Part shown: piece after piece, positions 1 through 13,765 of the stretch
Numbering within the stretch: position 1 is the first letter of the stretch
Layout: every line of letters begins with the position of its first letter
DNA from: Marsupella aquatica
Taxonomy: Eukaryota > Plantae > Marchantiophyta
Reading direction: 5' to 3'
Assembly: GCA_973895155.1 (NCBI GenBank)
Contig: OZ316893.1
Coordinates: 19,100,857 to 19,164,856, forward strand
DNA length: 64,000 bases
The notes under the pieces: model-generated
Database searches by the model: none
What the model was told of the DNA's origin: nothing
Seen by the model: only the letters and a program-made list of their open reading frames with translations
Position numbers and translations under genes: made by a program

Positions 1-925
1 TGAATTTTGGTTGTCCATAACTTTTTTTGGTGTGTTTTTTGGTCTTTGGTTGTCCCCAAGATGAACCTAGTAGTGTAGGTATGGTACATCAAATTTAGAG
101 GTTTGAGACACCCTATTAAATTATCTGCAAATGTTGTGATCCATCCATGCTTTTTGTTGTAGACTCATCATTCTTAAGAATTCACTTTTGAATATGTCCA
201 TTATCATGGACGAAGACACACCCACAATAGTCATTTGAGGAAGCACCAAGGTTATGTCTGATCTCTTTCTGTTCTTCGTGAATTCAACCTCATCTTCCCT
301 ATAATAATACTTTTTCTATAGTAACCAACAGTAAACTTCATGTTCCTTTCGTGTATCTGTTTGGAAAAATTTCCATTAAGATACTGCTAGCCAAAGTGTT
401 CAGTAAGAATATTGTCCAGTTGCCATTCGAGAAAGTAAGTTACGGTAGTGGGTATCTCTTGCTTGTCAAGTGTGCCATGCTCACCTGAATTAAATTATGT
501 GAGGTACTTCTACACATTTGATTCCAAAAGTATTACACAACTGTTTGTGCCCAAAAACATTCCATGCACGTTTTCATTTTGTTCATCTATAATGACTATT
601 CTTGTAAAGAAAATTGAGGAAGGACAGGCATCTTTTTCTTCATTTATTTACAAGTCTATTTTGAGAATGAAAAGGAGCTACATGTTTAGAGTTAATCTAC
701 AGTAAAACGATACAAAGTCGGGGGGGTCACATTCCACAGTAAAGCCTCCAACTCATGACATTTGGGTTGGACCTAAAATGGGAGGGCGCCATCTATCGTA
801 CACACGGGCTGAAGAGCTACAGCGGTGTTCATACTGTAAAATAATGGGCATGGCCCCTCCCCTTAAAAAACGCATCCATACAGTAACCTCGTCCATGCAG
901 TCCTCCACTTTACTTTATATACCAT

Positions 926-1012
926 GCTGCAAAATCATGGCATAAAGACTCAATAAACTAAGAAAGAAGAAGATATACCTGCTGCAAAATCAGGGCATAA
1001 AGACTCAATAAA
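926..1012 (+). repeat. Direct duplication of a ~33-bp unit (period 54)
   Basis: tgctgcaaaatca(t/g)ggcataaagactcaataaa at 926 and 980. Confidence 0.8.
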
Positions 1013-1469
1013 GGAGGAAAGCGTTCAGGTAACGAGAAAAACGACGGTCCTCTGGTCATTTAAGGCCAGTCAACATGACCGGCTTACCCGGTCAGATGGA
1101 GTCTTGTCAGTACCAGACCCAGTGGCCTCTGGCAACATTAGTAAGTTGGTGGTGCCGCTGCAGTACGGTAACTTAGTTTAGTGTGTCATTGCTTCCGTGA
1201 TTGTAATTGAAGCTTAGGTGTGTCAGTCGTCAATTGCTTAAATAATCTAAGCACAAATTTAAACTAATCACTGGGTAATCGGATCCCGTTTGTACACTAA
1301 TCATCACTCGGCTCATCTCTTGGATTTTTTGACGAACCTAGTCGTCCCTTCCAAATTCGTCATGAATTGCGTGAAGCAGAATGGGCGGTCGATCTGATGA
1401 ATCCACGGCTGAGATTTACACAAGTGCTGATTAGGACCGAGCTGAGCCGTAGGGACCTAGGTTGTTTGT

Positions 1470-1582
1470 TGGCTGTGCCAGTTTAGTTGAGTTTGTTGCT
1501 GTGCCAGTTTAGCTGGGTAAGTTGTTGTGCCAGTTTAGCTGTGTTTGCGGTGGTGCCAGTTTAGCCTGCCTGCCAGGTTTTG
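1470..1582 (+). repeat. Short tandem array of the gtgccagtttag motif, about 5 copies, ~26-bp spacing
   Basis: Motif recurs near 1475, 1501, 1527, 1553 and (degenerate) 1571. Confidence 0.7.
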
Positions 1583-1774
1583 TTTAGTGTGTCCTGATTA
1601 ATTATGAGTACTTGGTTCCCTGTCTCCCGCCCGCAGCATGGTAAGTTGAATTGAATCACATGCAAATAAGTTGACTTGATTTGAATTACAGGCATCGAGG
1701 AACAATCCCAACATTCACATTCTGAAGTTTACAGTAAATATTCATTTATTGTTGTTTATTGGGTCTCATATATG

Positions 1775-1955
1775 TACAACTCTGAATGTTGCTTCTGGTG
1801 CGCAGATATGGATAAGTGCAAATTATGCTCAACATTAGTTGGCTTATTGCTAATAGAAATGAAGACATGAGAGTGTACATATTCAACACTCTGAATGCTG
1901 CATCTGGTGCACAGATATGAACAAGTGCAAAGTTTGCTCTCAACATCAGTTGTAT
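1775..1955 (+). repeat. Diverged direct duplication, period ~109 bp
   Basis: ctctgaatg(t/c)tgc..ctggtgc.cagatatg..aagtgcaaa...ctcaacat.agttg at 1780 and 1889. Confidence 0.7.
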
Positions 1956-3925
1956 AGGCAAGCATTACCTGTCTTCATTGGCAATTGAGCTTCCCAGTCC
2001 AAGCTTCAAAAGTTGACCGGCTTTTGCATAAACTCTCATCCCAAAGTGGAGGTTAAACAAAACAATTGGCACACTGAAGACTTACAGTTCAAAAAATTGG
2101 AGGTCACCATAGGGGAGGCTGGCAGGCCGGCAGCATGTAAGAGTAGGACCCATGGGTTTGCAATACATGAGTTTGCAAGGAACCTCCAATCCCAAAAATT
2201 CCCTCTTAGGCTTGTGTTCAGTTAAATTTACCAAAAGATTCCCACTCAGGGTAATCTCAGAAGCAAACCCAGGCTTGGAATCAAGTTAGTTATGTGCTTA
2301 AGTGGAAGACCCAAAGGTATGCAACTTTTGCCATCCATATTTGTGATATAGTCTTGGGGCTCATTTTTGTTGTTTGTCTTGTAGGGGAAACACTCTTAAG
2401 GCCATATACCAGTGTTTAGCAGCAAGTGTAGAGGGGAATTGAGGGTGGACAGTTCAGGGTGACAGGTGTAGGGCAAGACTGAGTGTCAGAACCACTGAAA
2501 CCATGGACGATGAGTTAACTGGATGGCTAATTAGGCATTGGGTCATTCGCTATTATCATTGATATGGGAGACTCTTTCTGGAACCTGCCTTAGCTTTGGT
2601 TATTTTGTGATGCCATGTTATTCTATGCAGACAAGCAACACTAAAAGAGAAATTTGCTTTGTTTGGGTGACGTTTGGTTGCCTTGCACCGTCCTTCCCTT
2701 TTGCCCGTGTCTGTGTTTGGTCTCTGTGTGAAGTTTGGCCTTATGACCTGTCTTGGTCTGGCAAGTTACTCTCGGTTTATTGGGTTCTACATTTGGTATA
2801 ATTAAAGTGCTCCTTTAAAAAAATACATAGTTTGCTGGAGGGTGAAAGACATAAGAGTATGATGCAGAACAAGCGAGAAAGGGAAGGAAGGACATGCCCA
2901 ACTTACATGAGCATGTTATTGGTTGAAATTAAGTTCTGTCAGTATGTGATGGGGCCCAAAAATGTCCCAATAATGTTTTATCTACCTTACAGTCAAAGAC
3001 ATTGTCACAAACTATCTTGTTCAGCCTATAGACCTATCCATATACTCATGACCTATATGTGTTGGCGCTTGGTTTTAAGAAGCTTTGAAACTCTATTTTG
3101 AGATATTTGGTTGCCAAAAACAATTTCATCCAAATCTTTGCTTCTGTGCTGCTCTCTTCATGTATGCCACTTGTTGTCAAAAAGGAGCCACCAAGCATGC
3201 TTGTAGTAAGAAAGTTCGCAGATGAATTCTCCCTGGATTCAAAGATACCCTTCAAATTCTGACTCCTGGGGTCTTATGGGAAGCTGGCTCTAAATGGAGG
3301 CAAAAATGACTTGTGGGAAACTGGCTAGTGGAGACAGAAAAAGCCTAGCTATTTTTCGCCAAAAGTGCCTTTTCATTGAGGTGGAATATCCAGTAACGAT
3401 TTTTCGCTACCCCAAACAACGCTGGAGGGGAACGCAAACCAATAAACACCCAACAATAACGAATAAACTCACAGGGAGCGCTAACCAATAAACACAGGGA
3501 ACGCATGGAATCTGCAGTAACGAGTTTCGCTCCCTATACAACAACGCTGGTAGGGAACGCCAACGAATAAAAACAAATTGGGAACGCAGGCAGAGACAAC
3601 GGGACACTACACTACTCTGTAGCGAGGGGAAGGACCGGAAGTGCCAGGGCCCAGGGAGGGAGTTTCGGCGGCGGGGCCCAAACCTTGGTGAGGTCGTCCG
3701 GTCTTGGCGGCCGCCGACAACGTCTCTTTCCGGACACCGCTGCCTGCCGGCCGGGCCATTCATTATACGTACATACGCACTCTTCGCCGTACGCGCCGTA
3801 CTCTAGTCGCTTCCGTAACTATGCGTAACCATATACGGAGTATTCATCATTGTTTTGTGGTTTTTTTTGGTCAAAAGGGGGAATATTTCACTGCTGTAAA
3901 ATCCCGACCCCGCACTACAACAGTG

Positions 3926-4001
3926 CAGTATTCAGTCAGTATTCAGTCAGTATTCGGTCAGTATTCAGTCAGTATTCGGTCAGTATTCGGTCAGTATTCA
4001 G
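3926..4001 (+). repeat. 11-bp minisatellite (CAGTATTCRGT)x~7
   Basis: Units read directly at 3926, 3937, 3948, 3959, 3970, 3981 and 3992. Confidence 0.9.
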
Positions 4002-4458
4002 CCCAGTCGAGCGGAGTGCATGTTCAGAGGATTTCTGCTGAGACTTCCACTCACATTCTACCAGAGCATGAAGGCATGGAGCTCTGCGAAAAGCATGTAC
4101 AGAAAGGGGGACCAGCTGCATGCACCCACTGAGGTGGACAGATTATTGCTGAGGGACCAATGGTACTCTACTGATATAATTGTCTGCCGCAGCACAGCCT
4201 AGGGACTGAAGAATGAAAAAGGCAGCAAGTTACAGAATGAAGAGAGCTTCTGCACGTTCCATTCGCCAAAAGCCAATCATATATGTCGTCCCCAAAAACC
4301 AACCATGCATCTCACAGGGGGCGAACAGGGTGTTTCAAGGAAGAAGACGAGATCTATATAAGCATGTGCACAAATTATTGAAGAAATTTTCCCCTACATC
4401 AATGCACATGACTATATACATTTCTGCCTCAGTGAACGAGAAGACCAAAAATGGGTTT

Positions 4459-7400
4459 TCAAAACATTTTATCGAACGCTGAATCAGAATTGTCCACTGA
4501 CGTCTTCATTTTTTTCCTTGACCTGTCGTTGCCAGTATCAACACCATTTTCTGCAAAAAATTGTTGTGCCGTACGTGTTCGTAGCTCATCTAAACCTTCG
4601 CCATCCTTAGCTCGCTCTAATACCTGCAGCAGAAGTATTTGGTTTTTCAGTGAACAATTTAATTTCTAAGCGGTTGAACTGGTTCACCAGAATTCAAGAC
4701 AGGTGAATTAGACAAACCATAAATTATTGAGACCTTTTCAAGCCAATCAATGAAACTGAGGCAATGTAATCATCGCCACAATTCCAAGAATGAGTGAAAA
4801 TGAAAAGTAAAATGCGTACCAGATGGCGTCCATATAAGTGGGTGCTCTTAAGACCATCAAATGCATTAGCAGATTCTTGGCTCGTCATAAATTCAACAAA
4901 CGCAAATCCACGATGATTGCCATCGAATTTCTTCGGTAACCTCAGACTTTTGATCTGCAATACTAGGAAATTTCTTTCAGTTCTGGAACAACAGGCGGCA
5001 GACTGAAGATTTAAAAGCCTCGTCAGCTACGCTCCTGCATAAAAATCATATCCAGAGATCCCATATCTCTTCTTCTAATCATGCGACCCATGCCTTAACT
5101 CCCGCAGACATGTTTGAGCATTACTTCATGAACATGGTGAGTACTTTGAGCCTTCAAACAAACAACACAAACACAACCATCCAAGATGCCTACATTGAAG
5201 ATGCCTACATTAAATGATGAGCATCAAAGAAAAACAAACCTGGCCGAAGGGGCTGAAAAGTCTCTGTAAGTCCTTCCGTGTGGCTTCAAATGCCACATTT
5301 CTAACAATAATCTTGGTAGAGCTCTGAATCCTAGCCCCTTTCTTTCCTCCTTTTGATTCGCTAGATTCTGTTTTGCCCACTCTCTTGACACTGTGGCTCA
5401 GTTGTAATGCCAATGCATGACCCTCTAACACTGTTCCCTGCGAACATAACAAGCCAGGAACATTATGATATTGGTATGGACAAAAGGATACACATCTACG
5501 AAAAGACGACGAAGACGCATCGTCCTCTACAGTCAATCTGGATCTCCCATAAAATGCCGCAACTCATTCAGTCAATTATCGTCAGTTGCTCATATCTTCT
5601 TTGGTAAAGAGTTGGACAGAAAGTGCACACCTGAAGCTGCTTGCACGCTTCTACTGCTGTCTCCTTGCTATCAAACTCCACAAATCCGAAACCCATTGAA
5701 AGGAACTTGCCATTCTTTGATGGCTTAGTCTTAATCTGAAAGAGGTGAAGTAAATATATGAGAGTCCCAAGATGCAGATAGGTTTCATAAAATTTCTACA
5801 CCTTGCAAGTGGGTTTTAGAACTTTTATTCTATAGAAAGACACCCACTGAACACTGTAGACGATTATGCACTTCAAACCATGCGAACACACCCTTCTCAT
5901 GGGCTGCTTTTCAATTAGACAATAAGGTTTGCCTTGCAAAAAACCTGAGAGCTTCTGACCGAGATTGAACCTGAGAGAATTTCATATCCTCAGATGTCCA
6001 GAAGTCACTCGGACTGTATCATAATAATAAAAAGACTCTTAGGCAACGACACTCACCGTAACACTTTTAATAGATCCACTTTTAATATGCTGCTCAAAAT
6101 GTTTCTTCAGTCCCTCGCGGGTTGTTGAGAAGTTCAGATTCTTCACAAACAAAGACCTCGCCTGAAGTGCAAGATATGACACCACATTACTTGTAAAGAA
6201 TTATACACGAATGGTCACACAACATAGACCATAGCTCAACTACAATAAACAAACATGTCACCAACTCTATAATGTATTTCGAAGTCTCTTCATATAGTGA
6301 ATTGCAAGTTCGGCACATGAAATATTTGTCGAGAGCTCCTGCAATCTGTAATTTGCCTTCCGCCGAAACTGAGTAATTCTTATCCAGTAACTAGAAAAGC
6401 GCCAGGATGTTAAGGCTTTTCGATGACAGACCTGCGCAACGTTCGAGTCGACGTCATCTTCAGGTAATCCAACCAGGTTTTGCTCAAGTTCAACTCTCTT
6501 CACAATATCACGTCCCACTGCCTTGGTTGATGGCCTCACATTACTCGGACCACCTTTCCCTGGTCGAGGCCCATCTGTGAGTAGGTTAACAGGGGCCCAC
6601 TCCAGATATAAAGGAACGTGCCTGCACACATAAATCAACAACAAATCAGTGTTTGAATTTGCCGGACCGTTCATAAAATTACCATCGGCCATCCAATGAA
6701 AGTCATATAGTCTTATGAAGTAAGAACCCAAATCTGAGCTAATTGTGGCAAGCGGAAGACGAATTTCAACCCAAAAATTAAGTCCAAAGGTACACCATGG
6801 ACGCCTACAAAACAAACCAGTAAGAGAAGATGAGTTTACTGGTAACGCTTGTAAGCAAGGCTCTTGAAAGCTCTACGGGCCTCTGCACTTTCCAAGTACT
6901 CCACCTGCACACAAAACAACCCCACAGTAGCAATGTCAAGAATGTGAAAGAGCTTGTGTAAACAACATGCATGTTCTCAAACTATCTCACTCTCTTTAAG
7001 CTAATACCAGAACTGCCAGGTCACTCCTCAACGTCCAGTACCAATGGAGACTTCAATTTCCCATAGGTTTACCTGCACGATGAATTGCAACGGTACAGAC
7101 GAGAAACAGCACAGAGAAAGTGGAAGATAGGATATAAGTTACCAGGGCTAAAGTTTTTGTTGGAGGTAAAATAACTCTCCCCAGGGTACCATGAGTAGAA
7201 AACATGCTGATTAGATCATCCTCTGATGCCGTAAACGGGAGATTCTTCACCAGTATGACACAATCACTTCGTTTCTCTTTTCCTGTTCTACCCAAGGCTA
7301 TATCTTCCAAAACTTGTATGTTCACACCCTCATCGCTCAAAGCTCGCTTTGTTTCAGCAATAATATGTGTCTCACCCAGTGCCATGCGCACCGCAAGATC

Positions 7401-10400
7401 ACCAGCTTCAGGATCCAAAAATTCACTCTTTGTCATGCCATATTTCTTGGCCACATTCTCGGCTACCTGTAGGAAGACACAAGCCGTTAGCAAGTCTAAC
7501 AACATCAATTTAGATACTGTTCTTGATTCCATGTACAGTTTTGAGGATAAAAGACCTGGAATCAGTGGATATTGATCATGAAAGATTTTCATCTCACAAC
7601 TGCAATCCCGAGTAAACCCAGCGAATGGACAAGCTACAACGACACACAGTAGCAGGAAATTCTTATGCAATATTATAATATTTGAAATAATAAGTAAAGA
7701 AGATCTTCGCCCGAAAGCAGTATCTTACTGTGTCTGGACGCATAAACAAAGTATTCCAAGCTCTAGTGTCTCCACTCGCTTCCGCAGTCTTTCTTTGAGC
7801 CTCCTTTTCTGTCTTGAATTTTGTCGTCCCAACACCGGTTATATTCCTGTGACAGACAGGAGTGTCATGTCCTGAAATCACAAAATATAAGAAGATAAAC
7901 CTGAACTTGACTTAGCTATCCCCAATAGCTGCAGGGAAATGCAGATTGTCCTCACCTACATCATTTATCTGTGAAGTCTTAAAAGTAAAGAAAACTCACG
8001 GTTTAAGCTCCGGAGCAGGTGGTGGTCTCTTAGCCGGCAATATATGCAATAATCTGCCTTGAAAGATGGACTTATCTAACTTCTCCATTGCCCTGTAGTT
8101 ACAACCATCAGATATGAGATACAATTTAGTCTTCCAGTCATCTACGACAAATATCAAAACATATTAGCCAATGTAGGGCAACCCGAAAGTCTCCAGTTCA
8201 CTTCGACAAATTGGGATTCTCGATATTCCAGAGTGAAGGGACTAACCGGACAGCATCTTCTGGAAGCATGAAAAGGATGTAAGCAAATCCTTTCGAATGC
8301 TTGGTTTCCTTATCAAGCACTAAGTGCACTTGGCTGAGCTGTCCAAACTTACTGAACAGCTCTGTAAGATCTTCTTCACTGCGCAAAACAAACGAGAAGT
8401 CATACTCTACTTTAGTCCCTGCGCAGTATTTTATTGTAGGATATGCGCGCTTCTCTTAAACAAGGCTATGGATCAACTTGCAAAAGTTTTCTAATACTAC
8501 AAATGAAATCCAAATCTCCAAACGAAAGCTGAGTCTAATTAGTTTGAAGATTGTCCGAAGCATGCAAAGAAATAAAGGGCGAAAAAATGACCCAATATTC
8601 AAAATTTGCAGTAAACTTCAAATTAATTCCTCATCCACGAGTTGGAGCGGCAATTACCTAGCAGTGTATGGCAAATTCCTCACAAACAACCGCCCAGTTT
8701 CTGAGACATTTTCTTGCTGCTCCGCATCAATTGTGGCAGTACCTTGCTCTCCAACATTTTGTCCTACAGAGTCGGTTGGGGTGGTCTCTATCCCATCCAC
8801 TATCAACTCGGGCAAGATTTCTTTGGCAAGGGGGACTTCTTCACTTTGATTTTCGCTGGAAGTGTCAGTATCCTCAACATCCTTTTCATCCTCGTTCTCC
8901 ACTACCTCAGAAAGGTCCTCTAGTTCATTGTCATCCTCATCATCACTCCAATTTTGCTTCACTCTGCTTTTCAAGTACTGCATGTCAGACACTGCGTCAC
9001 TATTCACAAGCTCATCCTTCTCTTCATCTACTCCATTATTATCATTACTCCCATCTTTTCGTTCTCCTCTTAGTATGTCTCGAGCTTCCCCCTCTACGTC
9101 GTCATCCTCGGAATCACTCTCGTCTTCAAACCGAACATGTAACTGAGTTAGCTGTTCAGAAGTCTTCCCCTTATTGATTGGTACCCTCCTTGCGAAGGCG
9201 TCTACGGTTTTAACCTCCACCTTTGAGTTTTTTGGCTTCGATTTATCACCCTTCTTGTGCTGAGCCACTCCTGTTTCCTGGACTCCAGTGGTCGTGTCAT
9301 TGGCCCAGGTCTGTGTCTTTGCTCTAGGTTGCATGAGCTGCAAAAACTCTTGAAGTTCTGGATCGTTTTCTGCATTGCCATCCTTCCCTCCATCAGGTTG
9401 AGCACCTGAACCTTTCGTTGTATTAATGGAAGGGGCCGAATCCTGCTCGATGGCTGGGTCAGTTTTCTTGAAAGCGGAACTTCCCTCTGAATGTCGACTC
9501 CATGGACGTGGAAGGTCATGGGATCCAATTTGTTGAGCAATCTGATAGACAGTTGTAGCAGAGTTGGAACACGCATTTTCTCTCGAGGTCAGTTTAAGGA
9601 AAAGGATTGAGCAATTCTCTACCGCTTCCAAGAAACTCATTGCCAGCAATTCTAAATTGACAAGCAAGTTTCAGCATTTGACCGACCTCACAAGTGAGAC
9701 GACTCGTATCGAAAAAGGTCCGGTGGAAATAATTCACAGCTTCTTTAGCCTCATCTGCAGTCCTAAATCCGACAAATCCAAATTGACGGGTGCGTCCATC
9801 CCTGTTTGACAGTACAGCAAAATATCAAAAAACAATTAGGGTATTACATTTTACTCATCAATTCCCATGTTCTGGACTTGGACCATGCCTCGTTGCTCTT
9901 ACTACTTTCAGATGCAGGCCTCACTTGTGTGTGTGTGTGTTTGAAGGCTACTAGACAACACCACCTAAGTTGTCTTCGGAGTGATTGTTTAGGTGGTCGA
10001 TTGAAATGGAGTTCAGTTCTCTCCTTTCAACAATGAAGGCGTCACTACAAGCCATTCGCATCGTGTTGTAGTTATACCAATACAGTACCAGCTAATGTCT
10101 TCTATGTACTGCCAGAACACTGGCTCTGAAATACCTCAGGGACGGTGGATAGATTTTACGGATTTTGCTTAATGAAAACTACACTACGTGACCTAAACCC
10201 CAGTTCGATTTTCTTGTTTTGGAGAGTTAGAAAGTTATTGACAGCGATTCAAGACAATAGAACGAAAACAGATAGGCTTGAATTCACTCTCTATTACATC
10301 CTCCCAGCACCTGCCATCGAAGGGTGAAAGACAGTAGGCAGGCTTTGAAGTACATAATTTTCTATCTTCGAAAATTGGAGTTCGCTAGTTTAGCTGGGGT

Positions 10401-11023
10401 TCACTGCCTGCTTGTGGAGGTTGCATAGGCTTGCACACCCTTTACCAGACCCTATTGCGACCGTGGACGAGTAAACATGAATCCATGCGTTCAGTCTGTC
10501 ACCTTTTTAAAAAAGAAAACCATTCCTTTAAAATCCTTCATACAGGTGGATGATATTCACGTCGAGAAGGCAGGCTTCAGGTTGTCGATTGCCACACCAT
10601 TCGTCTGGACAGAAAAGCACTTTTACTAATCTATCTAAAATCAGAGATACTTTACTTCACTCGAAGCACGTAAGAGAGCAGGCGGGGCGGCGCAAGAGCT
10701 GAGTACCTCGTTCGGATGATCTTGGCATCAGTGACCTCGCCTTTTTGAGAAAAGTGCTCCCTCAGTTTGGCATCCGTGACATACCGTGGTATATTTTTCA
10801 CACAAATTCGCGTTGACCTGCAGGCTAACTCAGCATTACATTCTAGGAACCACACAATTTGCAAGCGTCTGGGCACAACCTCCCACGACCAACATCAACG
10901 ACAAGAATGTGAATTTCATTTCTATAGTTCATGCTACCAATGTAGAGGGGTCCTGCCACATTAAGGGAAAGAGAGCGCAAAGGGATGAGGAGCACCGTAC
11001 TCTGTGAATTCAGGAGATCCCAT
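4459..11023 (-). CDS. RBM19: Multiple-RRM ribosome-biogenesis protein RBM19/MRD1, about 15 coding exons
   Basis: Spliced product MGSPEFTE|[10 protein letters not shown]...[12 protein letters not shown]...[12 protein letters not shown]...SKGFAYILF...[12 protein letters not shown]...[10 protein letters not shown]...[13 protein letters not shown]...HRGFAFVEF...[13 protein letters not shown]...DKMF*. ATG at 11023, TGA at 4461-4459, GT-AG introns that keep the frame. Confidence 0.93.
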
Positions 11024-12139
11024 ATCTGCAGAGGTCAATCAAGCTGAAGGCCAGAGCCAAACAGCTGCCGAAATCACGATTTTCGGAAGTCACTGCTCAG
11101 CAAGAACAGTGAGGAAGTAAAATAGGGACCGCGGGAAAATCTCGTCCATCACGAGAACATCGGCAGAGTCAGGCGTCGAGCCGGATTTGGTGAGAAGTGG
11201 AGAGAAATGAGCTGAGTTTTGTCTAAAAGGAATGATGACCATCGCGAAGAGCTTGTGAAAGAGAATTGCCCGAGTTGCGGCTGGGTCGGTTGTTTGGACA
11301 AGATCGCGGCATACCCTGCTTAATTAGCGACGACGGCGGCTCGGTTCCTGTTCGACGGCGGCTCATTTGAAAAGCAAACGTTAAGGTCGTTTCGGGAGAA
11401 ATTTACTTAGTGGACCCCGTGATGGACCACAAGATGTATTTTCTCTCCCCATGAATCTTCGGGCCCATCCGAATTACCATTTAGTGTCATAAGTTGTTAT
11501 ACCACGACTTGCAATCCTTATAAGGAGGAAACCCAATCAAGAACTATAATACACACTTGGGTCACTTTCGCCACTTTTAGAGTGGTAGTCATTCAAATTT
11601 GCAGGGCACAAAAATTAAAAAATTTGGTCAAAGGTAAGCAATAAAGCCAAAGTGTGAATTGAGTTTAGTGTGAGTCACAAAAAGTTGCACCGGTGCCCAA
11701 GACAAGTAAGAATAATCACACAAGGCACACAAAAAAGAAGTGAAAGACTTTAACATAATGCACAAGGATCAAGGAGTATACATCCATGCAAGTAAATATT
11801 GTACATATTGGCATGCAAATTTGTATTGTACATATTCATTGTACATATTTCAATATTGTGTGCATCATAATTTTATATAATATTGGTAAGACTCCATAAA
11901 AGTAATTTAATTGCTAATAACATTTTAGTCACTAGATCAATAAAAAACTATTCTCCCAATATTTGTGGTGATTTTTACAGTCATTTGCATTGTCATTTTC
12001 AATGCCAAAAAAACAAAAGTAATAAGGCCCAAAGACATAGTGAAGCGCATGGCATGGGTGTTGATGGCAAGATCTCAGGCGAGGGGCACAATCGCAATGT
12101 AGGGTAGCCCCTAAATTTATTGGCATTTTTTGCACATCT

Positions 12140-12975
12140 TTTCCTGAATGATATTTAATGTAACGACATATTTTACTTCACAACATCTATGACTGATGAC
12201 ATTTTTTTACTTGACGACAGCTTTGAAGTCACGACATAGTTTTACTTGACGACATCTTTGACATTATAAAAAAAAAATTCTACTTGACGATATCTTTTTA
12301 CTTGATGACATATGTTTTACTTCACAACAACTTTGGCAACACCATTTCTTTTTACTTGACGATATCTTTGACATAACAACATCTTTCCCCCGACATCTTT
12401 TTACTTGGCAATATCTTTCACATAATGACATCTTTTTACTTGACAATATTTTTTTAACTCCATGACATCTTTGGAGACACGACTCCTTTTTTTCTGAACA
12501 ACATCTTTTTACTCCATGGCTTTTTTTTAACGTCATCTTTTTACTTTGCGTCATCGCGACACAAAATCTTTTTACTTCACGACATCTTTGGCAACTCGAC
12601 TTTTTTTTTAATGACATCTTTTGTGCAACGCACGGGTTTTCTTCACAACATCTTGGGCAACACGACATTTTTTCTTAAGAACACCTTGGGCGACACAATA
12701 TTTCTTTTCTCAATGATGTCTTGGGCAACACTATTTCATTTTTTCAACGACATATTGACCGACACAATATCTTTTTCCTCAAGGACATCTTGGCCGACAC
12801 AACATCCTTTTCTCAACGACTTCTTGGCAGACACAACATCTTTTTTCTCAACGACATCTTGGCCAACACAACATCTTTTTTCTCAACGACCTCTTGGCCG
12901 ACACAACATCTTTTTTCTCAACCAAATCTTGGCCGACATGACATCTTTTGTGCAACGCACGGGTATTGAGCTAGT
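12140..12975 (+). mobile_element. Non-autonomous Helitron-like element with internal (acgacatcttt)n minisatellite; 3' end defined, 5' end approximate
   Basis: GTGCAACGCACGGG hairpin at 12950-12963 followed by CTAG-T at 12971-12975, the classic plant Helitron 3' terminus. A second hairpin copy without CTAG lies at ~12622-12636. Confidence 0.7.
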
Positions 12976-13509
12976 GTAAAACATAATATGTTCTATTGTT
13001 GTTGGGTATCCGACAGCGTAGCCAAATGCTGCCAATTACGACCACAATGTCAAATGAACCATTTGCCATGTAATCATAACATATGATATGGAGCATTACA
13101 ATTAGTACTTGTATACGTTGACAACAATGTATACACATAGTTAGACGACTAAGGTTTAGGGCAAATTGCACCATCGGCTCCTAAAATCAATATGGGTACA
13201 CGCATACTCAATTGAATACATTGTGGAAAATGTTTTCAGTCTAAGACTTGCCAAATTGCAAACATAAACCTTGATTGGCACAATGAAGTTGTCTAGCCAC
13301 CCAGTCATTGTAGTTTGCACATCTTGAAGGGTTGCCTAGTAGAACACAAGCAACAAGAACATAAACAAGTAGCAAGAGAAAATGTCAAGAAATGATTGAA
13401 CCTAAACACAATGGGAACAACAAGTTCCTAATAGGTTTCATAGAGGGCGGGCGTATTTGACATTTGACATTTGACATTTTTATATAATATTCATATTGTC
13501 TTCAAACAT

Positions 13510-13765
13510 AGCAATAAGATTGGGGGCGCTGCAGTGCTTGCGTACTTCAATGCAGATGTAAACTTTTTCATTTGTAGTCTGGATACAATAGCCACAATGT
13601 ATTCAACCAAGCTTGGAGGCCCCAGCGCTACTAGGCTTGGGTGCTCCAATGCGGTTGTAGGATCCTTCATTTGTAGTTGGAATAAACTAGTCATGTGTAT
13701 TCAACCAAGCTTGGAGGCTGCGGTGCTATGGAGCTTAATTGGGTGCTCCATTACAACCAGGGGCT
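13510..13765 (+). repeat. Diverged tandem repeat, period ~98 bp
   Basis: ttcatttgtagt...gtattcaaccaagcttggaggc...gggtgctcca; the core starts at 13599 and 13697. Confidence 0.7.

Noticed and set aside
2900-3300. Possible Harbinger or hAT transposase remnant on the minus strand
   Set aside because: Stops in all frames and no diagnostic catalytic motif.
3926-4001. Possible CRISPR-like array
   Set aside because: Head-to-tail 11-mers with no unique spacers, no cas genes and a eukaryotic context.
8668-9576. Antisense and alternative-frame ORFs over RBM19 exon 4
   Set aside because: Shadow ORFs of the acidic low-complexity exon.
12264-12979. ORFs of 134, 122 and 82 aa with Cys/Lys- or Phe/Thr-rich repeats
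   Set aside because: Translation artefacts of the Helitron-like minisatellite.
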